Program-made: the position numbers and the translations under genes | The notes under the pieces: model-generated | Told to the model about the DNA's origin: nothing | Seen by the model: only the letters and a program-made list of their open reading frames with translations | The model's database searches: none | Virus record (IMG/VR): IMGVR_UViG_3300027704_003324 | Location: 1 to 64,000 of that record | Source of the DNA: a virus | Reading direction: 5' to 3' (one strand) | DNA length: 64,000 nt | In this document: positions 1-9,449 of the stretch, piece by piece | Layout: the number at the start of each line of letters is the position of its first letter | Position numbering within the stretch: position 1 is the first letter of the stretch

Positions 1-34
1 TACCTCAAGGAGGCAACTATCTTAGTAACTCTTT

Positions 35-523
35 TTAAAGAGCTGCTAATTGTGATAGTGACTCAGAGAAATCTACTCCTGCAATAACAGGCTCTAGATC
101 TTCTACTTTAACTTCGTTCATTACAAAAGCTTTACTAGCCCAAGTCTTAGAATTGACTGCTGCATATTGATTACTATCCATTAGGTTAGTATTATCAAAA
201 CAACTGTTAATAGTTCCTACTTCAAGACCTCTCATGATAGCCTCATCCATAAACTTAACCTTCTTGCCTACTCTAGCAAAGACTGTTAACCAATGGTCAG
301 TTCCAGCAGGATTAAACTCTACAGTTAGTAAAGCTCCTCTTTTAAATGCGTTAAGTAATCTACCTGGATTCTCACTATACATTTTATTCTCTCTATCAAA
401 TCTTACTTCATTACAAGTTGGATATCCAGCTCTACATTTAGAAATAAATCTAAATTTACCAGTTCTACCGTCGATGAAGTTTACTGTTCTTAAGTCCTTG
501 ATTGTGTTGATAATTTCTGTCAT
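35..523 (-). CDS. hypothetical phage protein
   Basis: 162-aa ORF on the coding strand, preceded by a class-I promoter motif (550-582). Confidence 0.7.
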   Translation of the reverse strand: MTEIINTIKDLRTVNFIDGRTGKFRFISKCRAGYPTCNEVRFDRENKMYSENPGRLLNAFKRGALLTVEFNPAGTDHWLTVFARVGKKVKFMDEAIMRGLEVGTINSCFDNTNLMDSNQYAAVNSKTWASKAFVMNEVKVEDLEPVIAGVDFSESLSQLAAL

Positions 524-549
524 AACCTCTATTTGTTTTTATTTATACT

Positions 550-582
550 TAAAGATACGAAATATTACTCGGGGAGGCAACT
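550..582 (-). promoter_or_regulatory. class-I (Bacteroidota sigma70-like) promoter
   Basis: minus strand AGTTG-N16-TTCGTATCTTTA; the -33 box lies in the loop of inverted repeat ACTCGGGGA/TCCCCGAGT (567-593). Confidence 0.75.
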
Positions 583-605
583 TTTCCCCGAGTTATTACC
601 GAGAT

Positions 606-746
606 TTATTCTTGGTCGGTTAAATTTTTATTGTATACTAAGTTGTATATATCGTCGGCGAATTCGGGTGTAATCGAATTAGATTCTAATAGAGATTGAG
701 TAATTTTTTTGATGTTGTCGTCGGTGTGATAAATTGGTTGAATCAT
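606..746 (-). CDS. small hypothetical protein (46 aa, MIQPIYHTDD...)
   Basis: translated by hand; below the ORF-track cutoff; has its own promoter motif at 802-834. Confidence 0.55.
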   Translation of the reverse strand: MIQPIYHTDDNIKKITQSLLESNSITPEFADDIYNLVYNKNLTDQE

Positions 747-801
747 ATGAGAATAAATTAAGTTAAGTATGAAGAGAGTATATCTCTCTTTCTTTAATAC
801 T

Positions 802-834
802 TAAAGATAAGAAGAATATTCCGGAAAAGCAACT
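802..834 (-). promoter_or_regulatory. class-I promoter
   Basis: AGTTG-N16-TTCTTATCTTTA with the same spacing as the other copies. Confidence 0.65.
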
Positions 835-847
835 ACTTACTAAGTTA

Positions 848-1561
848 TTATCCAAATATTTCTACTCTAATATCTTTCATCATTTCAAATCCTAGCTTAT
901 CTAAGTGAAACCTTCCTTCAGAAACCATTCTATCCCAACCACAGAAGTAAACTAATGGTTTATCATCCATCACATGAATATCATTAAGGTAATGCTCATG
1001 GACGTGTCCTTTTTTATATCCTAGTTTTTTCTCTTGAGACAGTACAGGAATATATTCAAAGTTAGGCATTTGTTTAGCTAAGAATTCAAACTCTTTTCTA
1101 TATAATATATCTTTATGAGTTCGAGTACCGAAGAATAGTTTAATGCTCTTAAATTTTATATCATTATCATATAAGTAATTGACCATTGAACGAAAAGGAC
1201 TTACTCCTGATCCAGTAGATACAAACATAATATCTCTATTCATAATGTCTTGAGGTAGTGTAAATATTCCCATAGGACCTCTATAAAGAAATTCGTCTCC
1301 TATCTCTGCTTCCAAGAATAAGTAATTAGACATATGACCTCCTTCAAGATAAGTTATAACTAGTTCGAAGTTATTACTACCGTCCGGCCATGAAGCAATG
1401 GAATAGTTTCTAACAACTGAGCCATCTGCTCCAGGCTTAGCAACTAACTGTAACAATTGCCCGGGTACATATTCTAGTTTCTCATACAAAGGTGATTCAA
1501 ATATGAACCTCCAGTTCTTATCTGTCTCTTTTATAATCTTAGTTAAGATTGCTACATTCAT
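848..1561 (-). CDS. FAD-binding ferredoxin/flavodoxin-NAD(P)+ reductase family oxidoreductase
   Basis: RNYSIAS FAD motif, GxMSNYL, GPMG.F, STGSGVSPF NAD-binding loop, YFCG, C-terminal E.F. Confidence 0.9.
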   Translation of the reverse strand: MNVAILTKIIKETDKNWRFIFESPLYEKLEYVPGQLLQLVAKPGADGSVVRNYSIASWPDGSNNFELVITYLEGGHMSNYLFLEAEIGDEFLYRGPMGIFTLPQDIMNRDIMFVSTGSGVSPFRSMVNYLYDNDIKFKSIKLFFGTRTHKDILYRKEFEFLAKQMPNFEYIPVLSQEKKLGYKKGHVHEHYLNDIHVMDDKPLVYFCGWDRMVSEGRFHLDKLGFEMMKDIRVEIFG

Positions 1562-1562
1562 A

Positions 1563-1766
1563 TTAGTAATCGTTTTTAAATATCTCTTTCAAGAAATTAT
1601 AAACAAATATAGACAGTGATAAAGGCCATAATACTATATGGTATACTCTTTCATTATTAGTCCAAGGTTGACCTAATCTTCCTTCTAAGTTATTAGTAGT
1701 CCATGTCTCTAAAGCCATAGAGTATATTACTCCTATAATAAAATAAGTTGCTATTGCTAAAATCAT
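1563..1766 (-). CDS. small membrane protein
   Basis: two hydrophobic segments, LWP motif. Confidence 0.6.
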   Translation of the reverse strand: MILAIATYFIIGVIYSMALETWTTNNLEGRLGQPWTNNERVYHIVLWPLSLSIFVYNFLKEIFKNDY

Positions 1767-1768
1767 AT

Positions 1769-1927
1769 TTATTCTTTTTTAAAAGCACGAAACGTACAAG
1801 CATTCCTTCCATTAATAAGAGGCATACCATGTGTATCGTATGTTATTGAGTCTACTTTAACTTTCTTATTCTTAAACCTTCCAGTTAAAATATAGTCTCC
1901 TGTTTTTATTCCTTGTAATTTAACCAT
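1769..1927 (-). CDS. small hypothetical protein (52 aa, MVKLQGIKTGDYILTGRFKNKK...)
   Basis: translated by hand; fills the gap and is coupled to its neighbours. Confidence 0.6.
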   Translation of the reverse strand: MVKLQGIKTGDYILTGRFKNKKVKVDSITYDTHGMPLINGRNACTFRAFKKE

Positions 1928-2720
1928 TCTTAATAGCTTTAGTTATGTGTTTAGCAAACTTATGACCACCTGCCCATCCCCAATGTCCATCTTTAATCTT
2001 ACCTTTTGTCTCTTCTTCAATACTTGAGAAGTCTCCTACTATCTCTACTAAATTCCAAATATGACATTTAATACCTTTTGTTTCTAGGTAATCAGTAACT
2101 AATTTAACTCTTAATGTATCTTCCACTTTAATTAAGTTGTTATTAGGTACTTTATAGTTACGATTAAAGTTAAGCATAGCTATAGATAAATCCTCTGTCT
2201 CTCTACCGTATAATTCAGTTAGCCTATGTTTAAATCTATCTGGGGGATAGATGTTTTCAAAGTTATTACTAATAGTCTGGCAGTAAGTAGGTCTGGTTAT
2301 ATCTCCGTTTATGTTTACCGGTTCTAAGCTTTCTCTAGTAGCTTTATCTACTATGAAATCAGTACGTTCTGTCCAGCCGATTGAATAGAGAATTGTATCT
2401 CCTTCTTTAAACTTATCTAAATCAGCTAAAAACTTCATAAATACTATATTATTAGATAGTCCACCTATTCCCCTATTTACTACGTTAGCATTAAGATTTT
2501 TACCAACTATATCTACCCAGAATTTAAACTTAAGAGGGTTAGGAACATCTATTTGGGTTTTACCATCGTCTTTAACTAATGGTACTCGAGTTCCATCTCC
2601 AGCTGTAAAGCTATCTCCGTATGTATATAATTTAATCATCGGTCTCTTCTTTATACTCATACCATGAAGGGTTAGGTAGTTCTGAATAGTGATCCCATAA
2701 ACCTCTTTTAACGATTTCAC
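1920..2720 (-). CDS. SGNH/GDSL hydrolase-like protein (true start probably near 2639-2660)
   Basis: YGDSFTAG block I, NRGIGG block II, DGHW block V. Confidence 0.75.
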   Translation of the reverse strand: MKSLKEVYGITIQNYLTLHGMSIKKRPMIKLYTYGDSFTAGDGTRVPLVKDDGKTQIDVPNPLKFKFWVDIVGKNLNANVVNRGIGGLSNNIVFMKFLADLDKFKEGDTILYSIGWTERTDFIVDKATRESLEPVNINGDITRPTYCQTISNNFENIYPPDRFKHRLTELYGRETEDLSIAMLNFNRNYKVPNNNLIKVEDTLRVKLVTDYLETKGIKCHIWNLVEIVGDFSSIEEETKGKIKDGHWGWAGGHKFAKHITKAIKNG

Positions 2721-2729
2721 TTTCTTTAC

Positions 2730-3095
2730 CTATTTCCATAGAACCTGAATTGCTACTAGTATGAAACATAATGATAAACTTACAACTGTTTTAGTATTTA
2801 TTCCTTCACTAAAGTGATGGTTAAGTAGTATTGCGTATAGTATCATACCTATACTAAATCCTATGAACCTTGCTGGCCATAGTAGTCCATCCATTCCGGC
2901 AACTGTATACTTAGTTCCGTAAATATAGAAATAAGATAATCCTATACCTGCAGCAGCTACTAGGAACTCATTCTTTCTGAACCAATCTGTGGTCTTTAAA
3001 AACTGACCATTTAATTGGTAGAATGTTATAAAATGAGCTCCTAGAAAAAATAGTATACCTATTGCTAAACTTTTACCGTTTACCATACTATGCAT
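2730..3095 (-). CDS. 4-TM membrane protein (DMT/SMR-like size)
   Basis: four hydrophobic helices in about 118 aa. Confidence 0.65.
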   Translation of the reverse strand: MHSMVNGKSLAIGILFFLGAHFITFYQLNGQFLKTTDWFRKNEFLVAAAGIGLSYFYIYGTKYTVAGMDGLLWPARFIGFSIGMILYAILLNHHFSEGINTKTVVSLSLCFILVAIQVLWK

Positions 3096-3285
3096 ATATT
3101 ACTAACTTAGTATTAGATTCAGTACTTAATAGAGTACGCTTTTTAGCTCTCCCAACTGGTCTCTTACTTAATTGTTCATACTGATACCCATCCATCATGA
3201 TGTGCATTCCTGGCATTACTAACTCTTGAATTCTAGCGTTGATTCTTGTTGCTTTAACAAAGAACATTTGTGTTGGTTTTTCCAT
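3088..3285 (-). CDS. hypothetical protein
   Basis: ORF preceded by class-I motif at 3313-3345. Confidence 0.6.
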   Translation of the reverse strand: MEKPTQMFFVKATRINARIQELVMPGMHIMMDGYQYEQLSKRPVGRAKKRTLLSTESNTKLVIYA

Positions 3286-3330
3286 AACTTTTATTTTTAT
3301 TATTTATTTCTATAAAGATACGAAATATTA

Positions 3331-3732
3331 TTATCGTATCAAACTGTCTGCTATTAATTGTTTAAACTTTGTTGTAGACCAACCGTGACTTCTATCTAAA
3401 TAATGAATAGGAACCTTTAAATTATCTCCCGTAAATGGTTTGTTTATGTAGTCATCTCCTAAGAATCTAACATCAAACTCACCCATTTTAATAAGGTCTA
3501 AGAGCTGCTCTTCGTATGTATAACGTACTACGTCATTAACATATTTCAATGAAAGCAACATATCTTTACGTTCTTCTACGCTAAGGATAGGCTTTAACTT
3601 AGATGGTCTTTCTATGGAAGGATCGGTATGAAGTAACACAACTAAGCAATCACACTTTGTTCTCATCTCTTTAAACATTGCTATGTAGCCTGGATGTATT
3701 ACATCAAAATTACCTGCTATAACTCCTTTCAT
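3331..3732 (-). CDS. cytidylyltransferase-like protein (TagD/RfaE domain II family)
   Basis: GNFDVIHPGY (HxGH-like), K.KPI.S.EER, GDDY, STT; start reassigned to MKGVIAG. Confidence 0.85.
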   Translation of the reverse strand: MKGVIAGNFDVIHPGYIAMFKEMRTKCDCLVVLLHTDPSIERPSKLKPILSVEERKDMLLSLKYVNDVVRYTYEEQLLDLIKMGEFDVRFLGDDYINKPFTGDNLKVPIHYLDRSHGWSTTKFKQLIADSLIR

Positions 3733-4010
3733 ATAAGTTTGTAAAATACAATTCCATAACCTATAATTAGGTTTAAATTTACTGCTACTAAGTTCCATTG
3801 CTTAGCTATCCATACTTGAGGAAGACATAATAATGCTCCAGCTAAATAGGTATATACTCCTATATTATCATAAGGTAGGAGGTAGGGAGACAGCATAATA
3901 AATGCTGTTCCCATATAACCTACTCTGTTTGCTAATCTCTCTATTGGTGTTAGCTTTCTAGCTTTTACTAATAGGTTGATAAACCTAGTTACTAATTTCT
4001 TACTCTTCAT
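3729..4010 (-). CDS. small membrane protein
   Basis: three hydrophobic segments. Confidence 0.6.
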   Translation of the reverse strand: MKSKKLVTRFINLLVKARKLTPIERLANRVGYMGTAFIMLSPYLLPYDNIGVYTYLAGALLCLPQVWIAKQWNLVAVNLNLIIGYGIVFYKLI

Positions 4011-4846
4011 TATATTAATGCTGTTGCTAATTTAAACAATTCTTTATTGACACTTAAGTCCTTTTCAAAAGATTTAATCTTACGTACCTTCCTTACTTTA
4101 GCTCCTTTTAATGCAGCGTGAAACTCTCCTTGAGTAATCTTCTCTTGAACTACGTTAAATACTTTCCAAAGACTATCTCCTTCATCTTCTTTTCTCTTAG
4201 GTTCTAAGATATCTACAATAGTTTCTTCATCATATTCGAACCCCTTAGCTTTATCTGAGCCAATTTTAATACCGGCTCTTACTAGCATTGCATCTACTGC
4301 TAACTTATTCTTTTCCTCTTCAGTAAGAATTCTATTTCTCATACTGTTTAGTACCTCTACCTTGTTAGGAAGATCTTTAACTGCAAGTGATACAACGTCT
4401 CTTAGCTCGTTAAACGTATACCCTTTATGCTTTATTTTGAAATCAGAAAACTTCTCATCAGCTACAACTAATCCATTCGAACAAACTAGTCTAAAAATAC
4501 CAACTGAGAATTGAAATGACTGTAAACCATCGTGAGAGTTTGTCATAATAATACGTGGGAATGCATTATCTCCATCTGTACTAGTAATTTGGATATCAGG
4601 ATTTTGAAACGATACCATGTGTTTACTAAAGATTGTACTGTCACCTCTTTGCTTTCTTTGTGCAGCAGTCACTGGTTTCCAACCTAGTTTATCTAGATCA
4701 TCAATAATAGTTTCCGTATTAACAAACAGATACTTTCCACTAACATCAGGGTTAGTAGGAGCTTCAGCGAATGCTAATGGACAAACTTCTTTTACTTGCT
4801 CTTTGGTAAGGTAAGAGTCTAAACCTTTTTGAAAATTTTGAATCAT
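4010..4846 (-). CDS. DUF932/DUF945-like protein
   Basis: NSHDG, FRLVCSNGLV, H.G, LW.VFN..QE motifs; promoter at 4877-4909. Confidence 0.85.
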   Translation of the reverse strand: MIQNFQKGLDSYLTKEQVKEVCPLAFAEAPTNPDVSGKYLFVNTETIIDDLDKLGWKPVTAAQRKQRGDSTIFSKHMVSFQNPDIQITSTDGDNAFPRIIMTNSHDGLQSFQFSVGIFRLVCSNGLVVADEKFSDFKIKHKGYTFNELRDVVSLAVKDLPNKVEVLNSMRNRILTEEEKNKLAVDAMLVRAGIKIGSDKAKGFEYDEETIVDILEPKRKEDEGDSLWKVFNVVQEKITQGEFHAALKGAKVRKVRKIKSFEKDLSVNKELFKLATALI

Positions 4847-4876
4847 AATTATAACCGTTTAATTTTATTTATAATA

Positions 4877-4909
4877 TAAAGATACGAATTAAAACGTTGT
4901 GAGGCAACT
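4877..4909 (-). promoter_or_regulatory. class-I promoter
   Basis: AGTTG-N16-TTCGTATCTTTA. Confidence 0.75.
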
Positions 4910-6098
4910 AATTTAGTGACTTTATCCAGTTACTTGAAAATAAATCTGTACCGCTAAAGTACTCGTACATCTTTTCGCCAGGAGATAATATAGGTTTGTA
5001 ACCTTTTTTTATTCTATCATCTCTAAAGTAACTATTAACTTTAAGGGCATAGTCTTTTCCAAAGTGTTTTACTATATGACCTATAAGCATAGCTTGTACC
5101 CATGCTATAGTTTTATTTGATCCTCCTACATGCCAGAATTTAAACTTATCTAAATTCAAATTAGCTTTAAACTTTGATTCGTAAGGAATAGTATGTGACA
5201 TTGAATGAGGTTGGTGACAGGAATTACAGTAAGCTTCATGCCAAAATGTTAAAGGAAAAGAAGGAAGAGATTCATTAGTAGCTGTAGAATTTTTAAGTTC
5301 ATTATAGAATGAGCATTTGACTGGATCATCTTTAAACAATACGTGAGTATCTATCTTAGTATCTTCTGCTCTAATTTGCCATTCTTGGTATTCTTTTGAC
5401 ATCGCTTTAAGGTACGTGTGAATACATCCTTGCTCTATAAAACAAGATAGTTCCCAAGGAGCTTGTTTTTCGTAATCTACTATTATACTTTCATAAACCT
5501 TTTCTACTTTCTCTATAACAGCACTGAAAGTTTTTACATCGTTGACCTTTATTATATTCATATTAGGTACTGTAGATGCATCGAAGTGGTGTATTGGAAA
5601 GTCTAATTTGGATAGGTTCTGCTGGTAGTAACTTATAAATCTGTAATAGGCTTGGTTAGCTTGCTGATACCATTCATCCTTGTTAAGATGGTTAAACATA
5701 TTAGGAAGGCTTAAACGTTTCTTCTTTGGTTTCTTCTTTACTATTGGTTGATCTATATGCGAGAATAAAAAAGGTTGTTCCGGAAATGTAGGAGGCTCAA
5801 TAACCATAGAGTCTAAGTCTAAATGTAAAAATGGCTCTGTTTGAGCTTTCATAGCTTTTAGCTTAGGCATTGCAAAAGCTTTAGCTTCTTCTTTAGATAA
5901 TACTTCTGTATCTATATTAGTATATGGAATACCTATTTCATTAAATACCTTTTTACATACTTCATTTGTATAGATATTCGATTCACCATAATGCTTATTA
6001 ATTAATAGAGAAGAAAGCATACTAACATACATCTCATCCTTTAGTGGTTGAAATTTATTTGGACTATTATACGGTATGTAACTCTGTATTACTTTCAT
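4908..6098 (-). CDS. DUF6734-like / GT-A-like protein
   Basis: MKVIQS start, LS...I..HYG...IYT, A.PKL, PFLHLDLD (DxD), PNM.I, IEQ, F.H.GG. Confidence 0.6.
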   Translation of the reverse strand: MKVIQSYIPYNSPNKFQPLKDEMYVSMLSSLLINKHYGESNIYTNEVCKKVFNEIGIPYTNIDTEVLSKEEAKAFAMPKLKAMKAQTEPFLHLDLDSMVIEPPTFPEQPFLFSHIDQPIVKKKPKKKRLSLPNMFNHLNKDEWYQQANQAYYRFISYYQQNLSKLDFPIHHFDASTVPNMNIIKVNDVKTFSAVIEKVEKVYESIIVDYEKQAPWELSCFIEQGCIHTYLKAMSKEYQEWQIRAEDTKIDTHVLFKDDPVKCSFYNELKNSTATNESLPSFPLTFWHEAYCNSCHQPHSMSHTIPYESKFKANLNLDKFKFWHVGGSNKTIAWVQAMLIGHIVKHFGKDYALKVNSYFRDDRIKKGYKPILSPGEKMYEYFSGTDLFSSNWIKSLN

Positions 6099-6400
6099 TC
6101 AGTCATAATCTTACATGCTTCTAATAGCTTCCATGTATCAATACACTTATCTGTTTCGCCTCCTTTTTCGTGATAGAAATCTAGGCACGACTGTAATGCT
6201 ATCGTCCATTGACTCTGTGGGAGAGTAATTTCATATGCTAATTCTACATCATCAAATGAAATATTAAATAATTCAGCTTGTTTCTTTTGATTAGTAAGAG
6301 CTTTTTCTACTCCTAAAACTATACCATCAGTAACTTGTGTATTCTTTTTACGGAATAAAGTTTCGAATTCTTCAGTACTTGAAAATTTTAAATTTATCAT
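6095..6400 (-). CDS. hypothetical protein
   Basis: coupled ORF (4-nt overlap). Confidence 0.65.
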   Translation of the reverse strand: MINLKFSSTEEFETLFRKKNTQVTDGIVLGVEKALTNQKKQAELFNISFDDVELAYEITLPQSQWTIALQSCLDFYHEKGGETDKCIDTWKLLEACKIMTE

Positions 6401-6401
6401 C

Positions 6402-6908
6402 CTATAGTAATTGTTTCTTAGTATTAAACCAAATTATCAGAGCTTCTCTCTTTCCAGTTATTACCTCTTTAACCTCATGTAAGTTATCATGTCCGTTAAA
6501 ATTTATATAATCTCCATTTGAGTATAGTCCTCTATCTATACCCTCTATAATAGTTTCTCCTCCTTCAATAGCTCCTTCAAGTATTAAAATTGTAGTCTGA
6601 GTTGAGCTTTTTACATCTTTATGAGGAAGAGATTTGTCTCCTTTAGAGTAACTAAGTTTATAAAATGTATCTACTACCCAATCAGGTTTGCCAAATTTAC
6701 GTACTAAGTAATCATTGAACAGTTCGTTCTCTGTACTATAATATTTTTTTGTACAATCTATAATATCTACTCCTTCAAAGGGATCAACTACATAAGGATG
6801 TTTAGAGCTGAATCTTCTCATCTCTTCATCAGATATATTAGGAGTCCTATCTAATGTAATCTTAATAATTGCTTTGTCTTCGTTACTTAATTTACCTTTA
6901 TTTATCAT
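6402..6908 (-). CDS. 2OG-Fe(II) oxygenase
   Basis: HKD (HxD), GGET, HEV..V..GKR..L..WF. Confidence 0.85.
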   Translation of the reverse strand: MINKGKLSNEDKAIIKITLDRTPNISDEEMRRFSSKHPYVVDPFEGVDIIDCTKKYYSTENELFNDYLVRKFGKPDWVVDTFYKLSYSKGDKSLPHKDVKSSTQTTILILEGAIEGGETIIEGIDRGLYSNGDYINFNGHDNLHEVKEVITGKREALIIWFNTKKQLL

Positions 6909-7240
6909 TATTCTCTTGATCCTGATTTCTTTCTAAACTCTAATGACTTAGTGCTATCGATAACCTTTTGAGTATTCTTATAATATACCTCTCTATTAGT
7001 TAGAGACATATAAACTGGTCCATCAGTAAAGTTTACAGTTCTCATAGGAACATCACTAAAAGACATTCCATGCTTTGGTTGCTGTATAGGTTGTCTATAT
7101 TGTCTAGGACCATCATAAGATCTAAATACCATAGAAGTTACTCTATGCCATCTATCTAATTTATCCATCCATATTTCTAATACTGCTTCCGTAGGGAAGT
7201 CATATCTTAGCTTCTCAGTATTTCCACCTTTTTCTGCCAT
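6908..7240 (-). CDS. hypothetical protein
   Basis: ORF with class-I promoter at 7270-7302. Confidence 0.65.
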   Translation of the reverse strand: MAEKGGNTEKLRYDFPTEAVLEIWMDKLDRWHRVTSMVFRSYDGPRQYRQPIQQPKHGMSFSDVPMRTVNFTDGPVYMSLTNREVYYKNTQKVIDSTKSLEFRKKSGSRE

Positions 7241-7261
7241 AACCTTTATTTTTATTATCTA

Positions 7262-8044
7262 TTACTCTGTAAAGATACGAAGATTATCTGTATGCTCCAA
7301 CTGTTTATACATAATATCTGCTAACATTTTTTGAGTACCTTTGTCAAAATGTTTACCATCAAACCTTCTATACTGATATGCTTTTGTTAACTTAGAAGTA
7401 AACGATTGTTGCATAACTAAATATGGAATCATCTCCATATAGTATGGATTAGTAGCAGGATTGTATAACTGTGTAGGGTATGAATCTACATGAAAATATA
7501 ACATCTTACCACCTCTATTTTCAATGAAGTTTTTAATAGAGATAATATCTAAAGCTAATTGTTCTAGAGTAACATTTTTAAGTTGTTGTGATCTAGGAGG
7601 AGCTTCATATGTAAGTATGTTACTTGGTTCAGTAATACCTACAAGTACAGTTGCGTTTGATAGATCCATATTAATTGGATCACCTTTCCAGAAAGGCTCT
7701 TTTAAAATTCTTCTGTAAAGATCTTTATTACTTATAGCATCAAAAGATATATTCTCATACTCTATGTTTATTTTATCAGCTAACAACTTACCCCAGCCGA
7801 ACTTCTCTCTTATAGATGTCATTTCATCCTCAGCTGGAGTGCCAATAATTTTAGGAGCCATAGCTTGTACGAATTCCTGAGCAAGTTTAGGTAAATTCTC
7901 TTGACCTTGTCTAATAGTTCTTAACCATGAATGTTGATTAAACTCTATTGGTACTGGACCTATAAATTTATATAGATCAGGCCACTCAGTTCCAAAACCT
8001 GCACAATGACTATCTCCTAATAATATTAACCTTTTCTTATTCAT
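7262..8044 (-). CDS. SGNH/GDSL hydrolase-like protein
   Basis: LGDSHCAG block I and DGKHF block V. Confidence 0.7.
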   Translation of the reverse strand: MNKKRLILLGDSHCAGFGTEWPDLYKFIGPVPIEFNQHSWLRTIRQGQENLPKLAQEFVQAMAPKIIGTPAEDEMTSIREKFGWGKLLADKINIEYENISFDAISNKDLYRRILKEPFWKGDPINMDLSNATVLVGITEPSNILTYEAPPRSQQLKNVTLEQLALDIISIKNFIENRGGKMLYFHVDSYPTQLYNPATNPYYMEMIPYLVMQQSFTSKLTKAYQYRRFDGKHFDKGTQKMLADIMYKQLEHTDNLRIFTE

Positions 8045-8048
8045 TTTA

Positions 8049-8642
8049 TTAATTTATATTTAATCTATACTTACTAAACTGTACCATATAAGAAGTAATT
8101 TTTACTCCATTACCGTCTTTTCTTACAGTACCATTCCTAAACCATTTCTTTACACTACCAGCTCCTCCTAAATGAGCAGCAGCTAATAATCCAGATTCAG
8201 TAACTAATACACCGTGAACTATTTGTCCGTTATATTTTTCAATATACTTACGCAGTGATCTTTTATTTCGTATCAAAAGTTGTTGCATAGCATATTCTTG
8301 TAACTTAGGGCTACTTAAAAAAGCTTCTGGAGATACTTTTATTTTTAGGGTCTTTAGAGTTGATTTACCAAATTGGTATTTACCCATGTAACCGTATCTG
8401 TTTACAATATCGTATCTATTACCTGATTCTCTATGTCCAAGAGCATCTAAGAACTCATTGTGGCCTTTTACTTTTATTTCTATTTTGACTAGTAATGGTG
8501 AATCTATTACTAAGGGTTTAATTGGTTTAGGTTCTAACTCTGTAATTGGAGTTAGCATAAAGGCAGGTCTCATCGATGGAGCAAATGCCATAACAGCTGT
8601 GATCATAATTAGAGCAACAGGTATTAAAATTATTTTTTTCAT
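8049..8642 (-). CDS. lysozyme-like/lytic transglycosylase-fold protein with N-terminal signal/TM
   Basis: ALGHRESG (catalytic Glu), Y.GKYQF, AAAHLGG. Confidence 0.7.
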   Translation of the reverse strand: MKKIILIPVALIMITAVMAFAPSMRPAFMLTPITELEPKPIKPLVIDSPLLVKIEIKVKGHNEFLDALGHRESGNRYDIVNRYGYMGKYQFGKSTLKTLKIKVSPEAFLSSPKLQEYAMQQLLIRNKRSLRKYIEKYNGQIVHGVLVTESGLLAAAHLGGAGSVKKWFRNGTVRKDGNGVKITSYMVQFSKYRLNIN

Positions 8643-8655
8643 ATTAAAGTTTTAG

Positions 8656-8805
8656 TTAAAATAAATCTAGGAAAGATGTACCTATATCTTTCTCTCGTAA
8701 CAATTCGTTACGTTCGTGTTTTCTGACTAAGTCATCAGCAACACGTCTCTCTAATGGTTTCTGCTTTTTAAACGTTGATAATTTGTTTGTTCGCTTTTTT
8801 GCCAT
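8656..8805 (-). CDS. small basic protein (49 aa, MAKKRTNKL...)
   Basis: translated by hand; class-II motif CTATTTAT lies 4 nt upstream of the ATG. Confidence 0.55.
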   Translation of the reverse strand: MAKKRTNKLSTFKKQKPLERRVADDLVRKHERNELLREKDIGTSFLDLF

Positions 8806-8819
8806 GATAATAAATAGGG

Positions 8820-9449
8820 TTATTGTCTCGATATAAACTCATCTCCAGGTTTAGAATCATCATACAGACCTAATTCCTTAAGGTGGTTAATAGTATGATC
8901 ATCCATTTCCCATTCAAATTCATCTTTAGATTTATCTACATAATGTTCCATAGCATCTACTTCTTTATCTGATATAGCTGATTTAGCGTATAGGAAAGCA
9001 CAGTTATAACATAAGAACTCTAAATTCTCTAAGTGCCAGTTCTTTCTATTACCGTCTTTATGGTTTAGTATAATTGGTACCTTAGTATCATGCACTCTTC
9101 TTTCTGAGAAAGTACAATGGTTACATTGCTCTTCTATTAAACATTCCTGTATAATTCTAGTTTTAACCTTCTGAGGGTCGAAATGTTCTATTGGAACTCT
9201 TCCTTCTAGTAAATCTATAAGAGGAGGTTGGTTACCTTTATTACTTAAGAACTTAGGTATCCCTTTACCTTCTTGGTTCTTATGAACTTCCAATAGAGCC
9301 TCACCATCTTCATCCTTATACATCTTAGCGTACTTCTTATAATGGTTATAAGAGACATGAAGATATCTGGCTGCTGCCATATTAGAACGAGTCATCTTCA
9401 TCGCTCTTAATATATCTTCTTTAGGAAGTATTTTGGAAGGTCTAGCCAT
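8820..9449 (-). CDS. HTH + HNH-like Zn-finger protein
   Basis: N-terminal HTH-like AAARYLHVSY; CNHC...HKDGNRKN..LENLEFLCYNC. Confidence 0.7.
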   Translation of the reverse strand: MARPSKILPKEDILRAMKMTRSNMAAARYLHVSYNHYKKYAKMYKDEDGEALLEVHKNQEGKGIPKFLSNKGNQPPLIDLLEGRVPIEHFDPQKVKTRIIQECLIEEQCNHCTFSERRVHDTKVPIILNHKDGNRKNWHLENLEFLCYNCAFLYAKSAISDKEVDAMEHYVDKSKDEFEWEMDDHTINHLKELGLYDDSKPGDEFISRQ

